Shown here one piece after another: positions 1 through 10,625 of a stretch of 64,000 bases of DNA (position 1 is its first letter; each line of letters starts with the position of its first letter). Source of the DNA: an uncultured Actinomycetota bacterium (GTDB taxonomy: Bacteria > Actinomycetota > Actinomycetes > JAHEKZ01). The stretch covers positions 728,788 through 792,787 of the forward strand of contig CAVURN010000002.1 in assembly GCA_963743915.1 (NCBI GenBank), read 5' to 3'. A model generated the notes under the pieces. The model did no database searches. It saw only the letters and a list, made by a program, of their open reading frames with translations, and was not told where the DNA came from. Made by a program: the position numbers and the translations under genes.

Positions 1-1
1 G

Positions 2-601
2 GGTCCGGCTCTGCGGCGCACGGTGGCGTCCTGGGTGCCGCAGAAGAGCCAGCGCGTCGTCAACAAGGTGTGGGAGATCGCGATCGAGAAGACCGGCGGC
101 TACGTCGTGTCGCGCCTGCTGCTGGCCCTCTTCTCGGCGTTCTTCACCTCGCTCTTCCTGCTCATCCTCGACGTCCCCTTCTGGCTGCCGCTCGGCATCT
201 TCTGTGGTGTGGTGTCGCAGTTCATCCCCACTCTCGGCACCTACATCGGTGGCGCACTGCCGGCGCTGTTCGCCTTCAGCAGCTCGGTGGTGGACGGGAT
301 CCTCGTCATCGTCTTCGTCATCGTCTACCAGCAGATCGAGAACTACTTCTTCTCGCCTCGCATCAGCAACCGCACGATGAACATCCACCCGGCAGTCGCC
401 TTCGGAGCCGTGATCGTCGGTGGAGCACTCGCAGGCGCACTCGGCGCACTGATCGCCATCCCGATCGTCGCCAGCATCCAGGCGATCATCGAGACCTACG
501 GTCGCCGGTACGAGCTCATCCCCGAGATCGTGCACCACCCCGACGACCCGGACGCGCCTCCCCCACCCGAGGGGATGGTGGACGAGCCCACTCCCGCGTG
601 A
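2..601 (+). CDS. AI-2E family transporter (5' truncated by window edge)
   Basis: Hydrophobic helices; FIPTLG, YQQIENYFFSPRI and IHPAVAFGAVIVGG motifs typical of AI-2E/PerM. Confidence 0.85.
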   Translation, partial: GPALRRTVASWVPQKSQRVVNKVWEIAIEKTGGYVVSRLLLALFSAFFTSLFLLILDVPFWLPLGIFCGVVSQFIPTLGTYIGGALPALFAFSSSVVDGILVIVFVIVYQQIENYFFSPRISNRTMNIHPAVAFGAVIVGGALAGALGALIAIPIVASIQAIIETYGRRYELIPEIVHHPDDPDAPPPPEGMVDEPTPA

Positions 602-608
602 CCGTGGG

Positions 609-1526
609 TCAGTCGAAGCCGAGGCGGCGTAGCTGCTTGGGGTCGCGCTGCCAGTCCTTGGCCACCTTCACGTGCAGGTCGAGGAAGATCGGGACGCCGA
701 GCAGCTGCTCGATGTTCCGTCGCGCGGTCTTGCCGACGTCTCGCAGCCGTGATCCCTTGTGCCCGATGATGATCGCCTTCTGACTGGATCGTTCGACGTA
801 CACGGTGGCGCGCACGTCGGTCAGGGGTCTGTCGGCGGGACGTCCTTCACGCGGCACCATCTCGTCGACGACGACGGCGATCGAGTGGGGCAGCTCGTCG
901 CGGACGCCCTCCAGAGCCGCCTCACGGATGAGCTCGGCCACCCGGATGTCCTCCGGCTCGTCGGTCACCTGCCCCTCCGGGAAGAACGCCTCGCCCTCCG
1001 GCAGCAGGCCGATCAGCAGGTCGATGAGCAGATCGACCTGGTCACCGGTCAGGGCGGAGACGGGGACCACCTCGTCCCACGTGAAGCCGTTCTGTTCAGC
1101 GAGTTCCGCCACCGCGGCGAGGTGGGCGAGCATCTGCTCAGGACGCACGAGGTCCGCCTTGGTGACGACTGCCACCTTCGGCGCGCGCTGCATGCGCGCC
1201 GCCTCAGCGGTGACACGTCGGTCGCCTGGACCGATCTCCTCGTCGGCAGGCAGGGTCACGGCGATCACGTCGACGTCGGTCAGGGCATGCCGCACCTCGT
1301 CGTTGAGACGTTGGCCGAGCAAGGTGCGGGGCTTGTGCAGGCCCGGCGTGTCCACCAGGACGAGCTGCCCACCCGCGCGATGGACCACTCCGCGGATGAC
1401 GTGCCGCGTGGTCTGGGGGCGACTCGAGGTGATGGCCACCTTCTCGCCAGTCAGGGCGTTGACCAACGTCGACTTGCCGGTGTTCGGGCGTCCCACCACC
1501 GAGACCAGCCCCGACCGATAGCTCAC
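609..1526 (-). CDS. era: GTPase Era
   Basis: GRPNTGKST, PQTTR, DTPG, TKAD motifs and C-terminal KH domain (IIIGHKG). Confidence 0.97.
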   Translation of the reverse strand: MSYRSGLVSVVGRPNTGKSTLVNALTGEKVAITSSRPQTTRHVIRGVVHRAGGQLVLVDTPGLHKPRTLLGQRLNDEVRHALTDVDVIAVTLPADEEIGPGDRRVTAEAARMQRAPKVAVVTKADLVRPEQMLAHLAAVAELAEQNGFTWDEVVPVSALTGDQVDLLIDLLIGLLPEGEAFFPEGQVTDEPEDIRVAELIREAALEGVRDELPHSIAVVVDEMVPREGRPADRPLTDVRATVYVERSSQKAIIIGHKGSRLRDVGKTARRNIEQLLGVPIFLDLHVKVAKDWQRDPKQLRRLGFD

Positions 1527-1532
1527 CGGGTG

Positions 1533-1542
1533 ATCCTAGGCT
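1533..1542. promoter_or_regulatory. Overlapping divergent -10 elements (TAGGAT on minus, TAGGCT on plus)
   Basis: ATCCTAGGCT; each TANNNT hexamer lies 6 nt from the era GTG (1526) or the GNAT ATG (1549). Confidence 0.65.
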
Positions 1543-1548
1543 GCCCCC

Positions 1549-2037
1549 ATGCAGATCCGTCCCGCCACCGCCGCCGACTGGCCGGCCATCTTCCCGATCT
1601 TCCACGCCATCGTCGAGGCCGGTGAGACGTACGCCTACCCCACCGGGCTCAGCTCGGACGCGGCACGGGACCTGTGGCTGGAGCCTGCCCCCTGGCACGT
1701 CGTGGTCGCCGTCGATGACGACGGAAGGGTCCTCGGGACGGCCAAGGCAGGTCCCAACCGCCCGGCGCGGGGATCCCACGTCGCCACGGCGAGCTTCATG
1801 GTCGATCCCGGTGCACAGGGCGGCGGGGTGGGCCGCACCTTGGCGGTCCACGTCGTCGACTGGGCCACCCGAGCCGGGTACCACGGGATGCAGTTCAACG
1901 CGGTCGTCGAGACGAACACGGCCGCGGTGGCACTCTGGCAGTCGCTCGGCTTCGAGGTCATCGGCACCGTGCCCGAGGCCTTCGACCACCCGACGGCTGG
2001 CCTCGTCGGGCTGCACGTCATGTATCTGCGGCTCTAG
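1549..2037 (+). CDS. GNAT family N-acetyltransferase
   Basis: AQGGGVGRTL acetyl-CoA motif, MQFNAVVETN, LWQSLGF. Confidence 0.9.
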   Translation: MQIRPATAADWPAIFPIFHAIVEAGETYAYPTGLSSDAARDLWLEPAPWHVVVAVDDDGRVLGTAKAGPNRPARGSHVATASFMVDPGAQGGGVGRTLAVHVVDWATRAGYHGMQFNAVVETNTAAVALWQSLGFEVIGTVPEAFDHPTAGLVGLHVMYLRL

Positions 2038-2091
2038 CCATCGGTCGAACCGGTCCTGGTGCAGACGCGGACGCACCGGGCGGGCGTGGTG

Positions 2092-2430
2092 TCATGTCCG
2101 GGACGCGTGCACCGCACCCTGAGCGTCCACGGCGAGCACGCGCACCCCGACGCCCCCCAGGTCACGGACCGCCGCCGCCCCGTCGGCGTCCACTCCACCG
2201 TCGTCGACGACGAGAAGGGCTGCCTCCACCCCCCGCGCTCCAGCGGCGACGGCCTGCGCGACCGCCGCCTGCAGGGCCGACAGGTGGAGCGAGGGCAGCG
2301 TCACCGAGGCGGACGCGTAGGTGCGCCCGGTCTCGTCACGGAGCGCAGCACCCTCAGGAGCACCGACGCGACCGCGCGCGCCCCGGGCCAGCGTGAGCAG
2401 CTTCTCGTCCTCGGCGTCCAGCTCAGTCAT
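2092..2430 (-). CDS. Cytidine deaminase-like protein (actinobacterial era-linked)
   Basis: GAALRDETGRTY, LSALQAAVA; conserved position upstream of era. Confidence 0.8.
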   Translation of the reverse strand: MTELDAEDEKLLTLARGARGRVGAPEGAALRDETGRTYASASVTLPSLHLSALQAAVAQAVAAGARGVEAALLVVDDGGVDADGAAAVRDLGGVGVRVLAVDAQGAVHASRT

Positions 2431-3739
2431 CGCCGTCTCCCTCCGGGCCTTCCTGCGGCGGCAGCTCCAGCGGCGTCACCAGCACCGTCCCGACCCGGTT
2501 ACGTCGTCCGGTGGCTGACTCGGCGACAAGACGCAGACCCGACACGTCGACCGTGGCTCCGGGGATCGGCACCCGGCCGAGCCGCTTGGCCAACAGCCCG
2601 CCCACGGTGTCGACGTCCTCGAGGTCCTCGGGGTCGAGCACCAGGTCGTAGTGGTCGGCCAGCTCGTCGACGTGCACCCGCGAGCTGACCCGCAGCGCTC
2701 CGTCGGGGAGCTCCTCGATGGCGGGACGCTCAGTGACGTCGTACTCGTCGGCGATCTCGCCCACGATCTCCTCGAGGATGTCTTCGATGGTGACGAGTCC
2801 GGCAACACCCCCGTACTCGTCGACCACCACAGCGATGTGGGTGCGTCTTGCCTGCATGTCACGCAGCAGGTCGTCGGCGGAGCGACTGTCAGGGACGAAG
2901 AAGGCCGATCGCATGACGGATTCGACCTTCTCGGTCGACTCCGCGTCACGGTGGTCGAACGCCCGCTTGGCGACGTCCTTGAGGTAGACGATCCCCACGA
3001 CATCGTCCTCGTTGTCACCGATGACGGGGATGCGGCTGAACCCGCTGCGCAACCCGAGGGAGAGTGCCTGACGCAAGGTCTTGTGGCGCTCGATGAAGAC
3101 CATGTCGGTCCGCGGCACCATCACCTCTCGGGCCAGCGTCTCTCCCAGCTCGAACACCGAGTGGATCATCTCGCGTTCGTCCGCGGCGATCAGCGACCGC
3201 TCCTCGGCCAGGTCGACCAGGTCCCGCAGCTCAGCCTCACTGGCGAACGGTCCGTCGCGGAAGCCACGCCCCGGCGTCAGGGCGTTGCCGATCAGGATCA
3301 GCAGCTTGGTGAGTGGCGCAAGCACCGTGGCAAGTCGGTAGACGGTCGGCGCGGTGACCAGGGCGATGCGCGCGGCATGCTGGCGACCCAAGGTCCTGGG
3401 TGCCACGTTGACCACGACGTAGTCGACGACGACCATCACCGATGCCGAGACGAGCACCGCCTGCCAACGGTCAGCAAAGGCATCAAGTGCGACGAGCGTC
3501 ACGAGAATGGTCGCGGTGATGCGCGCGACCGCCCGCAGGAAGAGCGCGACGTTGATGTAGCGCGCGGGGTCGAGAACCACGCGTCGCAACGCCTCGGCAC
3601 CGCGCCGCTCCGCACGTTCGTAGGCCTCGACGCTCACCCTCGACACCCGGTTGATCGCCACGTCGGCAGCGGACAGCACACCTGCCACCGCCACCAGCGC
3701 CGTGGCAGCGACCAGCAGCCAGAAGTCGGTGGCCGTCAC
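2423..3739 (-). CDS. Hemolysin family / CNNM-CBS-CorC protein
   Basis: N-terminal TM region, [35 protein letters not shown]; GTG overlaps ybeY stop. Confidence 0.92.
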   Translation of the reverse strand: MTATDFWLLVAATALVAVAGVLSAADVAINRVSRVSVEAYERAERRGAEALRRVVLDPARYINVALFLRAVARITATILVTLVALDAFADRWQAVLVSASVMVVVDYVVVNVAPRTLGRQHAARIALVTAPTVYRLATVLAPLTKLLILIGNALTPGRGFRDGPFASEAELRDLVDLAEERSLIAADEREMIHSVFELGETLAREVMVPRTDMVFIERHKTLRQALSLGLRSGFSRIPVIGDNEDDVVGIVYLKDVAKRAFDHRDAESTEKVESVMRSAFFVPDSRSADDLLRDMQARRTHIAVVVDEYGGVAGLVTIEDILEEIVGEIADEYDVTERPAIEELPDGALRVSSRVHVDELADHYDLVLDPEDLEDVDTVGGLLAKRLGRVPIPGATVDVSGLRLVAESATGRRNRVGTVLVTPLELPPQEGPEGDGDD

Positions 3740-4185
3740 CGAGCCGCCCACCCACTCAGCAGACGTGCCTGGAGCCCGAACATCTCGCGCTCCTCCTCCG
3801 GCTCGTGGTGGTCGTAGCCCAACAGGTGGAGAACGCCGTGCGCGCAGAGCAGTCGCAGCTCGGCGGCAGTGTCGTGGCCGGCATCCCGCGCTTGGGACGT
3901 CGCGATCGTCGGGCACAGGACGACGTCACCCAAGAGCCCGGGCTCCGATCCGTCCTCGTCCTCGAGCGGGCGAAGGTCGTCCATGGGGAAGGCCAGGACG
4001 TCGGTCGGACCGGGCTCGCCCATGAACTTCTCGTGCAGAGAGGTCATCGTTCCCTCGTCCACGAGCATCACCGACAGCTCGGCTTGAGGATGGATCCCCA
4101 TCTCGTCGAGCACGTACTGGGCGAGGGCAGAGAGCTCGAGCTCGTCGACTGCGGACCCCGACTCGTTGTTGACCGCCACCGTCAT
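3736..4185 (-). CDS. ybeY: rRNA maturation RNase YbeY
   Basis: PTDVLAFP and [11 protein letters not shown] motifs. Confidence 0.96.
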   Translation of the reverse strand: MTVAVNNESGSAVDELELSALAQYVLDEMGIHPQAELSVMLVDEGTMTSLHEKFMGEPGPTDVLAFPMDDLRPLEDEDGSEPGLLGDVVLCPTIATSQARDAGHDTAAELRLLCAHGVLHLLGYDHHEPEEEREMFGLQARLLSGWAAR

Positions 4186-5189
4186 CGGGAGCCTCGCGGA
4201 TGCCGCGGCTTCGGCTCGGGGGCGGTCTCGTCGAACCGCTGATAGGCCTCGACGATGTCACTGACCAGTCGGTGCCGGACGACATCGCGCGCGGTCAGCT
4301 GGGTGAAGTGCACGTCGTCGATGCCCTCGAGAATCCCGCGGACGACCTTCAGTCCGCTGGCAGTACCGCCCGGAAGGTCGATCTGGGTGATGTCACCGGT
4401 CACGACCATCTTCGAGCCGAAACCCAGCCGGGTGAGGAACATCTTCATCTGCTCGGGCGAGGTGTTCTGAGCCTCGTCCAAGATGATGAACGCGTCGTTG
4501 AGGGTCCGTCCCCGCATGTACGCCAGCGGCGCGACCTCGATGGTGCCCTCGGTCATGAGCCGCGGGATCGACGACGGCTCCATCATGTCGTGCAAGGCGT
4601 CGTAGAGCGGGCGGAGATACGGGTCGATCTTCTCCGACAGGGTTCCCGGCAGGAACCCGAGCCGCTCACCGGCCTCGACGGCGGGTCGCGTCAGGATGAT
4701 CCGGGTGATCTCCTTGGCCTGCAGCGCCTGCACGGCCTTCGCGACTGCCAGGTAGGTCTTGCCGGTTCCTGCCGGACCGACCGAGAACGTGATCGTGTTC
4801 TTGTCGATGGCGTCCACGTACCGCTTCTGGTTGAGCGTCTTGGCCGTGATGGTCTTGCCGCGGTTGCTCAGGATGTTGTGGGTGAGCACCTCCGCGGGTC
4901 GCTCCTCCTCACGGTCGCGGAGCATCGCCACCGAGCGACCCACTGCCTCGACGGTCAGGCCCTGGCCCGTCCGGAGCACCGCGACCATCTCGTCGATGAG
5001 CTGCTCGACGAGTGCGACCTCCGACGACGGACCGGAGAACCGCATCTCGTTGCCGCGGACGTGGATCTCGACCTCGGGGAACTGTGACTCGACCTCGCGG
5101 AGCAGCATGTCGCCGGAGCCCAACAGGCTGACCATGTCGAGGCTGCTCGGCACCACCACTCGGTGCTCGGTCTGCGTGCTGTCTGCCAT
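4182..5189 (-). CDS. phoH: PhoH family ATPase (alternative start 5246)
   Basis: [35 protein letters not shown]. Confidence 0.95.
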   Translation of the reverse strand: MADSTQTEHRVVVPSSLDMVSLLGSGDMLLREVESQFPEVEIHVRGNEMRFSGPSSEVALVEQLIDEMVAVLRTGQGLTVEAVGRSVAMLRDREEERPAEVLTHNILSNRGKTITAKTLNQKRYVDAIDKNTITFSVGPAGTGKTYLAVAKAVQALQAKEITRIILTRPAVEAGERLGFLPGTLSEKIDPYLRPLYDALHDMMEPSSIPRLMTEGTIEVAPLAYMRGRTLNDAFIILDEAQNTSPEQMKMFLTRLGFGSKMVVTGDITQIDLPGGTASGLKVVRGILEGIDDVHFTQLTARDVVRHRLVSDIVEAYQRFDETAPEPKPRHPRGSR

Positions 5190-5255
5190 GGGGGACCCGG
5201 TACTCGGGTGCGCCACCTCTCGGTCTCGGGGCTCGGTCGACTCCATGCTAGGCGG

Positions 5256-5600
5256 TCACCCCGGGGGCCAGCCCAGATCGCGTCCCGCGAGCACGTGCAC
5301 GTGCACGTGGAAGACCGACTGCCCGGCGGATGCCCCGGTGTTGAGCACCAGACGGAACTGTTCATGTCCCAGGTCGGCCGCCACGGCGGCCGCGTCCGCC
5401 ATCAGCCGTCCCGCCAGGGCGGGGTCGTCCGCGCTGAGCGTGGCGATGTCGCGGTGGTGCTGCTTCGGCACGACGAGCACGTGGGTCGGCGCCTGGGGGT
5501 CGATGTCGCGCAGAGCCAGCGTGTCGTCGGTCGTCCGCACGACGTCCGCGGGGATGGTTCCCGCCACGATCCGGCAGAACAGGCAGTCAGGGTCGGTCAT
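5256..5600 (-). CDS. HIT family nucleotide-binding protein
   Basis: CLFCRI and HVHVH histidine triad. Confidence 0.95.
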   Translation of the reverse strand: MTDPDCLFCRIVAGTIPADVVRTTDDTLALRDIDPQAPTHVLVVPKQHHRDIATLSADDPALAGRLMADAAAVAADLGHEQFRLVLNTGASAGQSVFHVHVHVLAGRDLGWPPG

Positions 5601-5630
5601 CGGCAGTCCTCCTCGTGGTCCAACCCGAGC

Positions 5631-6380
5631 CTAGGCCCGCCAGGACGCCGTGCGCCCCAGTACCAGCGATGCCGCGACGACGCCCGCCGTCGACGTGCGG
5701 AGCACGGTGGGCCCCAGTCGGACGCCGGGCGCACCGGCCGCGGCGAAGCGTGCGAGCTCGTCGTCACTGAGCCCACCCTCGGGGCCGACGACCAGGACGA
5801 CCGACCCGACGTCGGGGAGCGCTGCCCCGTCCGTCGCGGTGGCCAGCGTGACCGACGCCCCCTCGTGCAGCACCCAGGCGACGTCTGCGTCGGCCAGCAG
5901 CTTCACCACGGTCTTGGTGTCCGCAACATCGGAGACCTGCGGCCACCAGGTGCGGCGCGACTGCTTCGCGGCCTCGCGGGCGACCGACGCCCACTTGGTG
6001 CGACCTCGCTCGATCTTGTCACCCTTCCAGCGGCTGACGCACCGCTCGGCCTGCCAGGGCACCACGATGTCCACCCCTACCTCGGTGAGCAGCTCGACAG
6101 CCAGCTCACCGCGGTCGCCCTTGGGCAGGGCCTGCACGACGGTCAGCGACAGCCCCCGTGAGGGTTCACGTCGAACGTCGAGCACCGCACAGGTGACCGC
6201 ACCGCGTCCGACCTCACGGACCTCTGCCTCCAGCGCCGTACCGCGTCCATCGGTCAGGACGATCCGCTCGCCCACCCGCACCCGCCGTACGTCAGCAGCG
6301 TGGTGGCCCTCAGCCCCGGACAACGTGCAGGTGGAACCGACGGAGGCGGCGTCGGCCAGGTAGAAGACGGGGCGGCTCAC
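5631..6380 (-). CDS. rsmE: 16S rRNA m3U1498 methyltransferase
   Basis: EAAKQSRR, VGPEGG, LGPTVLRTSTAG; start inferred at GTG overlapping dnaJ stop. Confidence 0.93.
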   Translation of the reverse strand: MSRPVFYLADAASVGSTCTLSGAEGHHAADVRRVRVGERIVLTDGRGTALEAEVREVGRGAVTCAVLDVRREPSRGLSLTVVQALPKGDRGELAVELLTEVGVDIVVPWQAERCVSRWKGDKIERGRTKWASVAREAAKQSRRTWWPQVSDVADTKTVVKLLADADVAWVLHEGASVTLATATDGAALPDVGSVVLVVGPEGGLSDDELARFAAAGAPGVRLGPTVLRTSTAGVVAASLVLGRTASWRA

Positions 6381-7485
6381 CGGCCGTTGAACGCGTCCTT
6401 CAGGCGCGAGAAGAGTCCTTGCTGACCCGCGGCGAACTGGCCGGCCGGCTTCTCCTCCCCCCGCAGGTGCGCGAGCTCGGTGAGCAGCTGCTGCTGCTGC
6501 TCGTCGAGCTTGGTGGGTGTCTCGACGCTCACGTGGACGATCACGTCGCCGCGCGAACCGCCCCGCGCAGCTGCGGGACACCTTGGCCGAGCAGGGGGAT
6601 CTGCTGACCGGACTGCGTGCCGGGGCGGATGTCGACCTCGGTGACGACGCCGTCGAGCAGCTCGAGCGGGATGCTCGCACCGAGGGCGGCCGCGGTCATC
6701 GGGACCGTCACCGTGCAGTGCAGGTCGTCGCCACGGCGGGCGAACGTGGGGTGGTCGAGCACCAGCACCTCGAGGTAGAGGTCGCCCGGGTCTCCCCCGC
6801 CGAAGCCGACCTCGCCCTCTCCGGCGAGCTGGATGCGGGTGCCGGTGTCGACACCGGGTGGGACCTTGACGGTGAGCGTGCGACGCGTCTGGACGCGGCC
6901 GTCACCGGAGCACTCCGGACACGGGTGCGGGATGGTGATGCCGAACCCGTGGCACTGAGGGCAGGGGCGGGACGTCATGACCTGGCCGAGGAACGACCGC
7001 TGGACCTGCTGGATGTCTCCGCGCCCGCCGCACATGTCACACGTGACCGGCTGCGTGCCGGCCGCTGTCCCGGCACCCTCGCAGGTGCTGCACCGAACGG
7101 CGGTGTCGAGGGTGAGCTCACGGCTCGCGCCGAACGCCGCCTCTGCCAGCTCGAGGTCGATCTGGATGAGCGCGTCCTGACCCCGACGGCGACGGGGACG
7201 AGGCCCACGCTGCTGTGACTGACCGAAGAACGCGTCCATGATGTCGCCGAAGCCGAAGCCCGCGCCCCCACCGGCGAACGCGGCGCCGTCCATCCCGAGG
7301 TCGTACCGCTGCCGCTTCTGCGGGTCGGACAGCACTTCGTAGGCGGCAGCGATCTCCTTGAACTGGTCCTCAGCCTCGGGATTGACGTCCGGGTGCAGCT
7401 CGCGCGCCAGCTTGCGGTAAGCCCGCTTGATGTCGTCCGGGGACGCGTCGCGCGCCACTCCGAGCGTGGCGTAGTGGTCGCTCAC
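6377..7485 (-). CDS. dnaJ: Chaperone DnaJ (DnaJ2), frameshifted in the C-terminal part
   Basis: J domain HPD, four CxxCxGxG repeats; C-terminus ([13 protein letters not shown]) lies in another frame. Confidence 0.95.
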
Positions 7486-8497
7486 GACGACTCCTCCAGG
7501 ATGCGTCCGACGTACTGCGCCACGGCTCGCACCGCCCCGATCGTGCCGGGGTAGTCCATGCGGGTCGGGCCGATGACTCCGAGGTGACCGACACCGTCGG
7601 TGCCGTAGCTGGAGCTGACCAGGGACGTCGACGACAGACCCTCCACCGGGAGCTCGCGTCCGATGCGCACGCTGACCTGGCTGGGTGCGGTCGCCTCGCC
7701 GAGCAGCCTGAGCAGCACCACGTGCTCCTCGAGCGCCTCGAGCACCGGCTGGATGCTGTGCGGGAAGTCGGTGCCGAAGTGCGCCAGGTTGGCCGTGCCG
7801 GCCAGCATGACGCGCTCTTCGCTGGCCTCGGCGAGCGACTCGACCATGGTGGCGAGGATCGCGGCGACCGCCGGGCGCACCTCGACCGGCAGCGCGGACG
7901 ACACCTGCTCGGCCAGGTCGGGGATCTCCGACAGCAGCCTGCCGTCGACCGCCTCGTTGATCCGGTTGCGCAGCTCGGCGACGGTGCTCTCGTCGAGGTC
8001 GCCGGCGACGTCGAGGATGCGCTGCTCCACGCGCCCTGTGGTGGAGATGACCACGACCATCAGTCGTCGCGGGCCGAGGGCGACGATCTCGACATGACGC
8101 ACCTGTGACCGGGTCAGCGACGGGTACTGCACGACCGCCACTTGACCGGTGATCTGCGCCAGCAGGCGCACGGTGCGCAGCACGATGTCGTCGAGGTCGA
8201 GCGCGCCCTCGAGGAAGGTGTTGATGGCTCGACGCTCAGCCGCCGACAGGGCTTGACGGTGGCGAGCCGGTCGACGAAGAGCCGGTACCCGGTGTCGGTC
8301 GGGATGCGGCCGGCGCTGGTGTGGGGGTGGGTGATGTAGCCCTCGTCCTCGAGCATCGCCATGTCGTTACGGATCGTCGCGGGCGAGACGCCCAGCGCGT
8401 GCCGCTCGGCCAGGGCCTTGGACCCGACCGGCTCGCGGGTGGACACGTAGTCCTCGACGATGGCGCGCAGCACCGACATCTTGCGCTCGTCGAGCAT
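7482..8497 (-). CDS. hrcA: Heat-inducible repressor HrcA, frameshift near 8250
   Basis: [35 protein letters not shown] in one frame; [10 protein letters not shown] in the other. Confidence 0.95.
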
Positions 8498-8533
8498 GGC
8501 CACCTCCGGTCGGGCGTTTGGCCGGTCCGCGGT

Positions 8534-8560
8534 CTGGCACTCGTGGAACCTGAGTGCCAA
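8534..8560 (-). promoter_or_regulatory. CIRCE element (HrcA operator)
   Basis: Minus strand TTGGCACTC-N9-GAGTGCCAG, 36 nt upstream of the hrcA start. Confidence 0.9.
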
Positions 8561-8646
8561 GTCTACTGCCTGTACGGTGTCCTCTCCTGCGGGAAGGGGA
8601 CTCTGCAGGTCACGCGGGCCGCACCCCACGGCCGAGGAGCACCGGG

Positions 8647-9355
8647 ATGGACCACCACCAGTGGCTCGACTTCGCCGAGCACGAGTACGCGCTCTTCCTG
8701 AGTCTGCTGCGCTCGCTCGACCCGGACGAGTGGCAGGCACGCCACCGACTGCGCAGGGTGGTCCGTCCGCGACATCGTCGCCCACGTGGCCGGTGCCGCG
8801 CAGTCCACCGCGTCCTTCCGCGAGACCGCGCGACAGATGTTTCTCGCCCGCCGGCACGAGGGTGCTCAGCTCATCGACCGGATCAACGAGGTCCAGCTCG
8901 CCGACCGACGGCACGCGTCACCCGCGGAGCTCCTGACAGAGCTGGAGCCCGCAGCCCGCCGAAGTCCGTCCGGACACGGCGACGACTGCCCGCACCGCTG
9001 CGTCGGCTACCGGTGCCGACGGACACGCCCGGACTAGGTACGACGCGGCTCGGCTTCCTCAACGACACGGTCTACACCCGCGACGTCTGGATGCACCGGG
9101 TCGACATCAGCCGCGCGACCGGACGCACGCTGGTTCTGACCGGTGCGCACGACGGCGCACTCGTGGCGGACGCCGCGACCGCCTGGCTCGCCCATCCGGG
9201 CAGTCCGACGGGTGTCGTGCTGACCGGCCCAGCGGGAGGGCGCTTCGGCGCCGTGGACCCAGCACTCACCGACCTTCGACGGCATCGACTTCTGCCGAGC
9301 GCTCGCTGGACGAGGGGTGCTGCCCGGCGTCCGCTCCGACCTGGTGCCCTTCTGA
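8647..9355 (+). CDS. Maleylpyruvate isomerase family mycothiol-dependent enzyme (DinB-like), several frameshifts
   Basis: [24 protein letters not shown] and [14 protein letters not shown] motifs across frames. Confidence 0.8.
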
Positions 9356-9375
9356 CCCGCAGTACCGTTGCCGTC

Positions 9376-9730
9376 GTGGGCACGGTGGACGACTTCCTGA
9401 GCGGGCTGCCGGCCGAGCAGCCGACCGGCCTTCCGGCGGATCGTGACTCTTGCCTCGGCTGGAGCACCGGATGCCGATCAGGGCACCAGCTACGGCATGC
9501 CGGCCCTGATCTACCGCGGGCGTCCGCTGCTGGGCTTCGCCGCCGCGAAGGCGCACCTCAGCATCTTCCCGTTCAGCCCCGCCGTGGTGGACGGCGTCCG
9601 GGATCGCCTGGACGGTTACTCGCTGTCGAAGGGCACGATCCGCTTCACCACCGAGACGCCGTTGCCCGACGACGTGGTCACCGAGGTCGTCCGACTTCGT
9701 CGTGACGAGATCGACGGGGCGCTCGGGTGA
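9376..9730 (+). CDS. DUF1801 / YdhG-like protein, frameshift near 9420
   Basis: VDDFLSGLP, SYGMPA, FAAAKAHLSIFP, SKGTIRF; TACCGT -10 7 nt before GTG. Confidence 0.82.
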
Positions 9731-9734
9731 CGTC

Positions 9735-10562
9735 TCACAGGTAGCGCTCGATCGTCTCCTTGATGAACGGGTTCAAGACGTCGTGCGTGTGTCCATAGAT
9801 GGAGCCGTGCCCCATCCCCTCGAACTCGTGGTAGGTCGCGTTCCCCGCCAGCTCGGCAAGCTCCTGGTTGTCCTGCGGTGGTGCCTGGATGTCCTCGGCG
9901 AAGGCGACGACATGCATCGGGACCATGCAGCTCGGCAGCTGCTCGGTCTGGTCGTAGAGCAGGCACGACTCCCATTGCGGGATCAGCGACTCCTCGTTCG
10001 CCTCCCCGGAGAGCCACTCCTCGAGATCCGCGCGCAGCCTCGGCCACAGCTCGCGATCCCCCAGCACCTTGGCCGGATACAGCATCGCGGCGTAGTGACA
10101 CACCGCGAACATGCCGTCGAGGCGTCCGCCCTCGCGGCGCAGGTCGATCTCGGCCTTCTGGAAGTCCCAGCCCCAGCCGGTGCTCAACGCCCCGGTGCCC
10201 ATGACGATCGCCGAGCGCACCAGGTCCGGGTGGTCGATGGCGATCTGCTGCACGATCGCACTCCCGAAGGAGATCCCGACCAGCGACACCGGAGGCTCGC
10301 AGATCTGTTCGATGAGAGCCGCAGCGTCGTCGCTGAACTTCGCGAGCGGCCACGGCATCGGCTCGTCGCACGTGGTCTGCCCGATGCCGCGGTTGTCGTA
10401 GGTGGTGTTGCGGAAGTGCGGCTCGAAGAAAGGCATCTGGTACTTGTGCCAGTCACTGCCGAGACTCCCGCCTCCGGAGACCCACACCACATCGTGACCC
10501 TCGCCGAACTGGTCGTAGTGGATCTGGGCGCCGGGGACGTCGACGGTGGGCACAGTCGTCAC
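9735..10562 (-). CDS. Alpha/beta fold hydrolase
   Basis: YDNRGIG, GISFG nucleophile elbow, late GHG histidine. Confidence 0.9.
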   Translation of the reverse strand: MTTVPTVDVPGAQIHYDQFGEGHDVVWVSGGGSLGSDWHKYQMPFFEPHFRNTTYDNRGIGQTTCDEPMPWPLAKFSDDAAALIEQICEPPVSLVGISFGSAIVQQIAIDHPDLVRSAIVMGTGALSTGWGWDFQKAEIDLRREGGRLDGMFAVCHYAAMLYPAKVLGDRELWPRLRADLEEWLSGEANEESLIPQWESCLLYDQTEQLPSCMVPMHVVAFAEDIQAPPQDNQELAELAGNATYHEFEGMGHGSIYGHTHDVLNPFIKETIERYL

Positions 10563-10625
10563 TCCGCATCTGGTCCGAGCAGCAGGTCCGGCGAGCCTAG
10601 CCTTCGTATGCGGCGGAAGCGGCGG

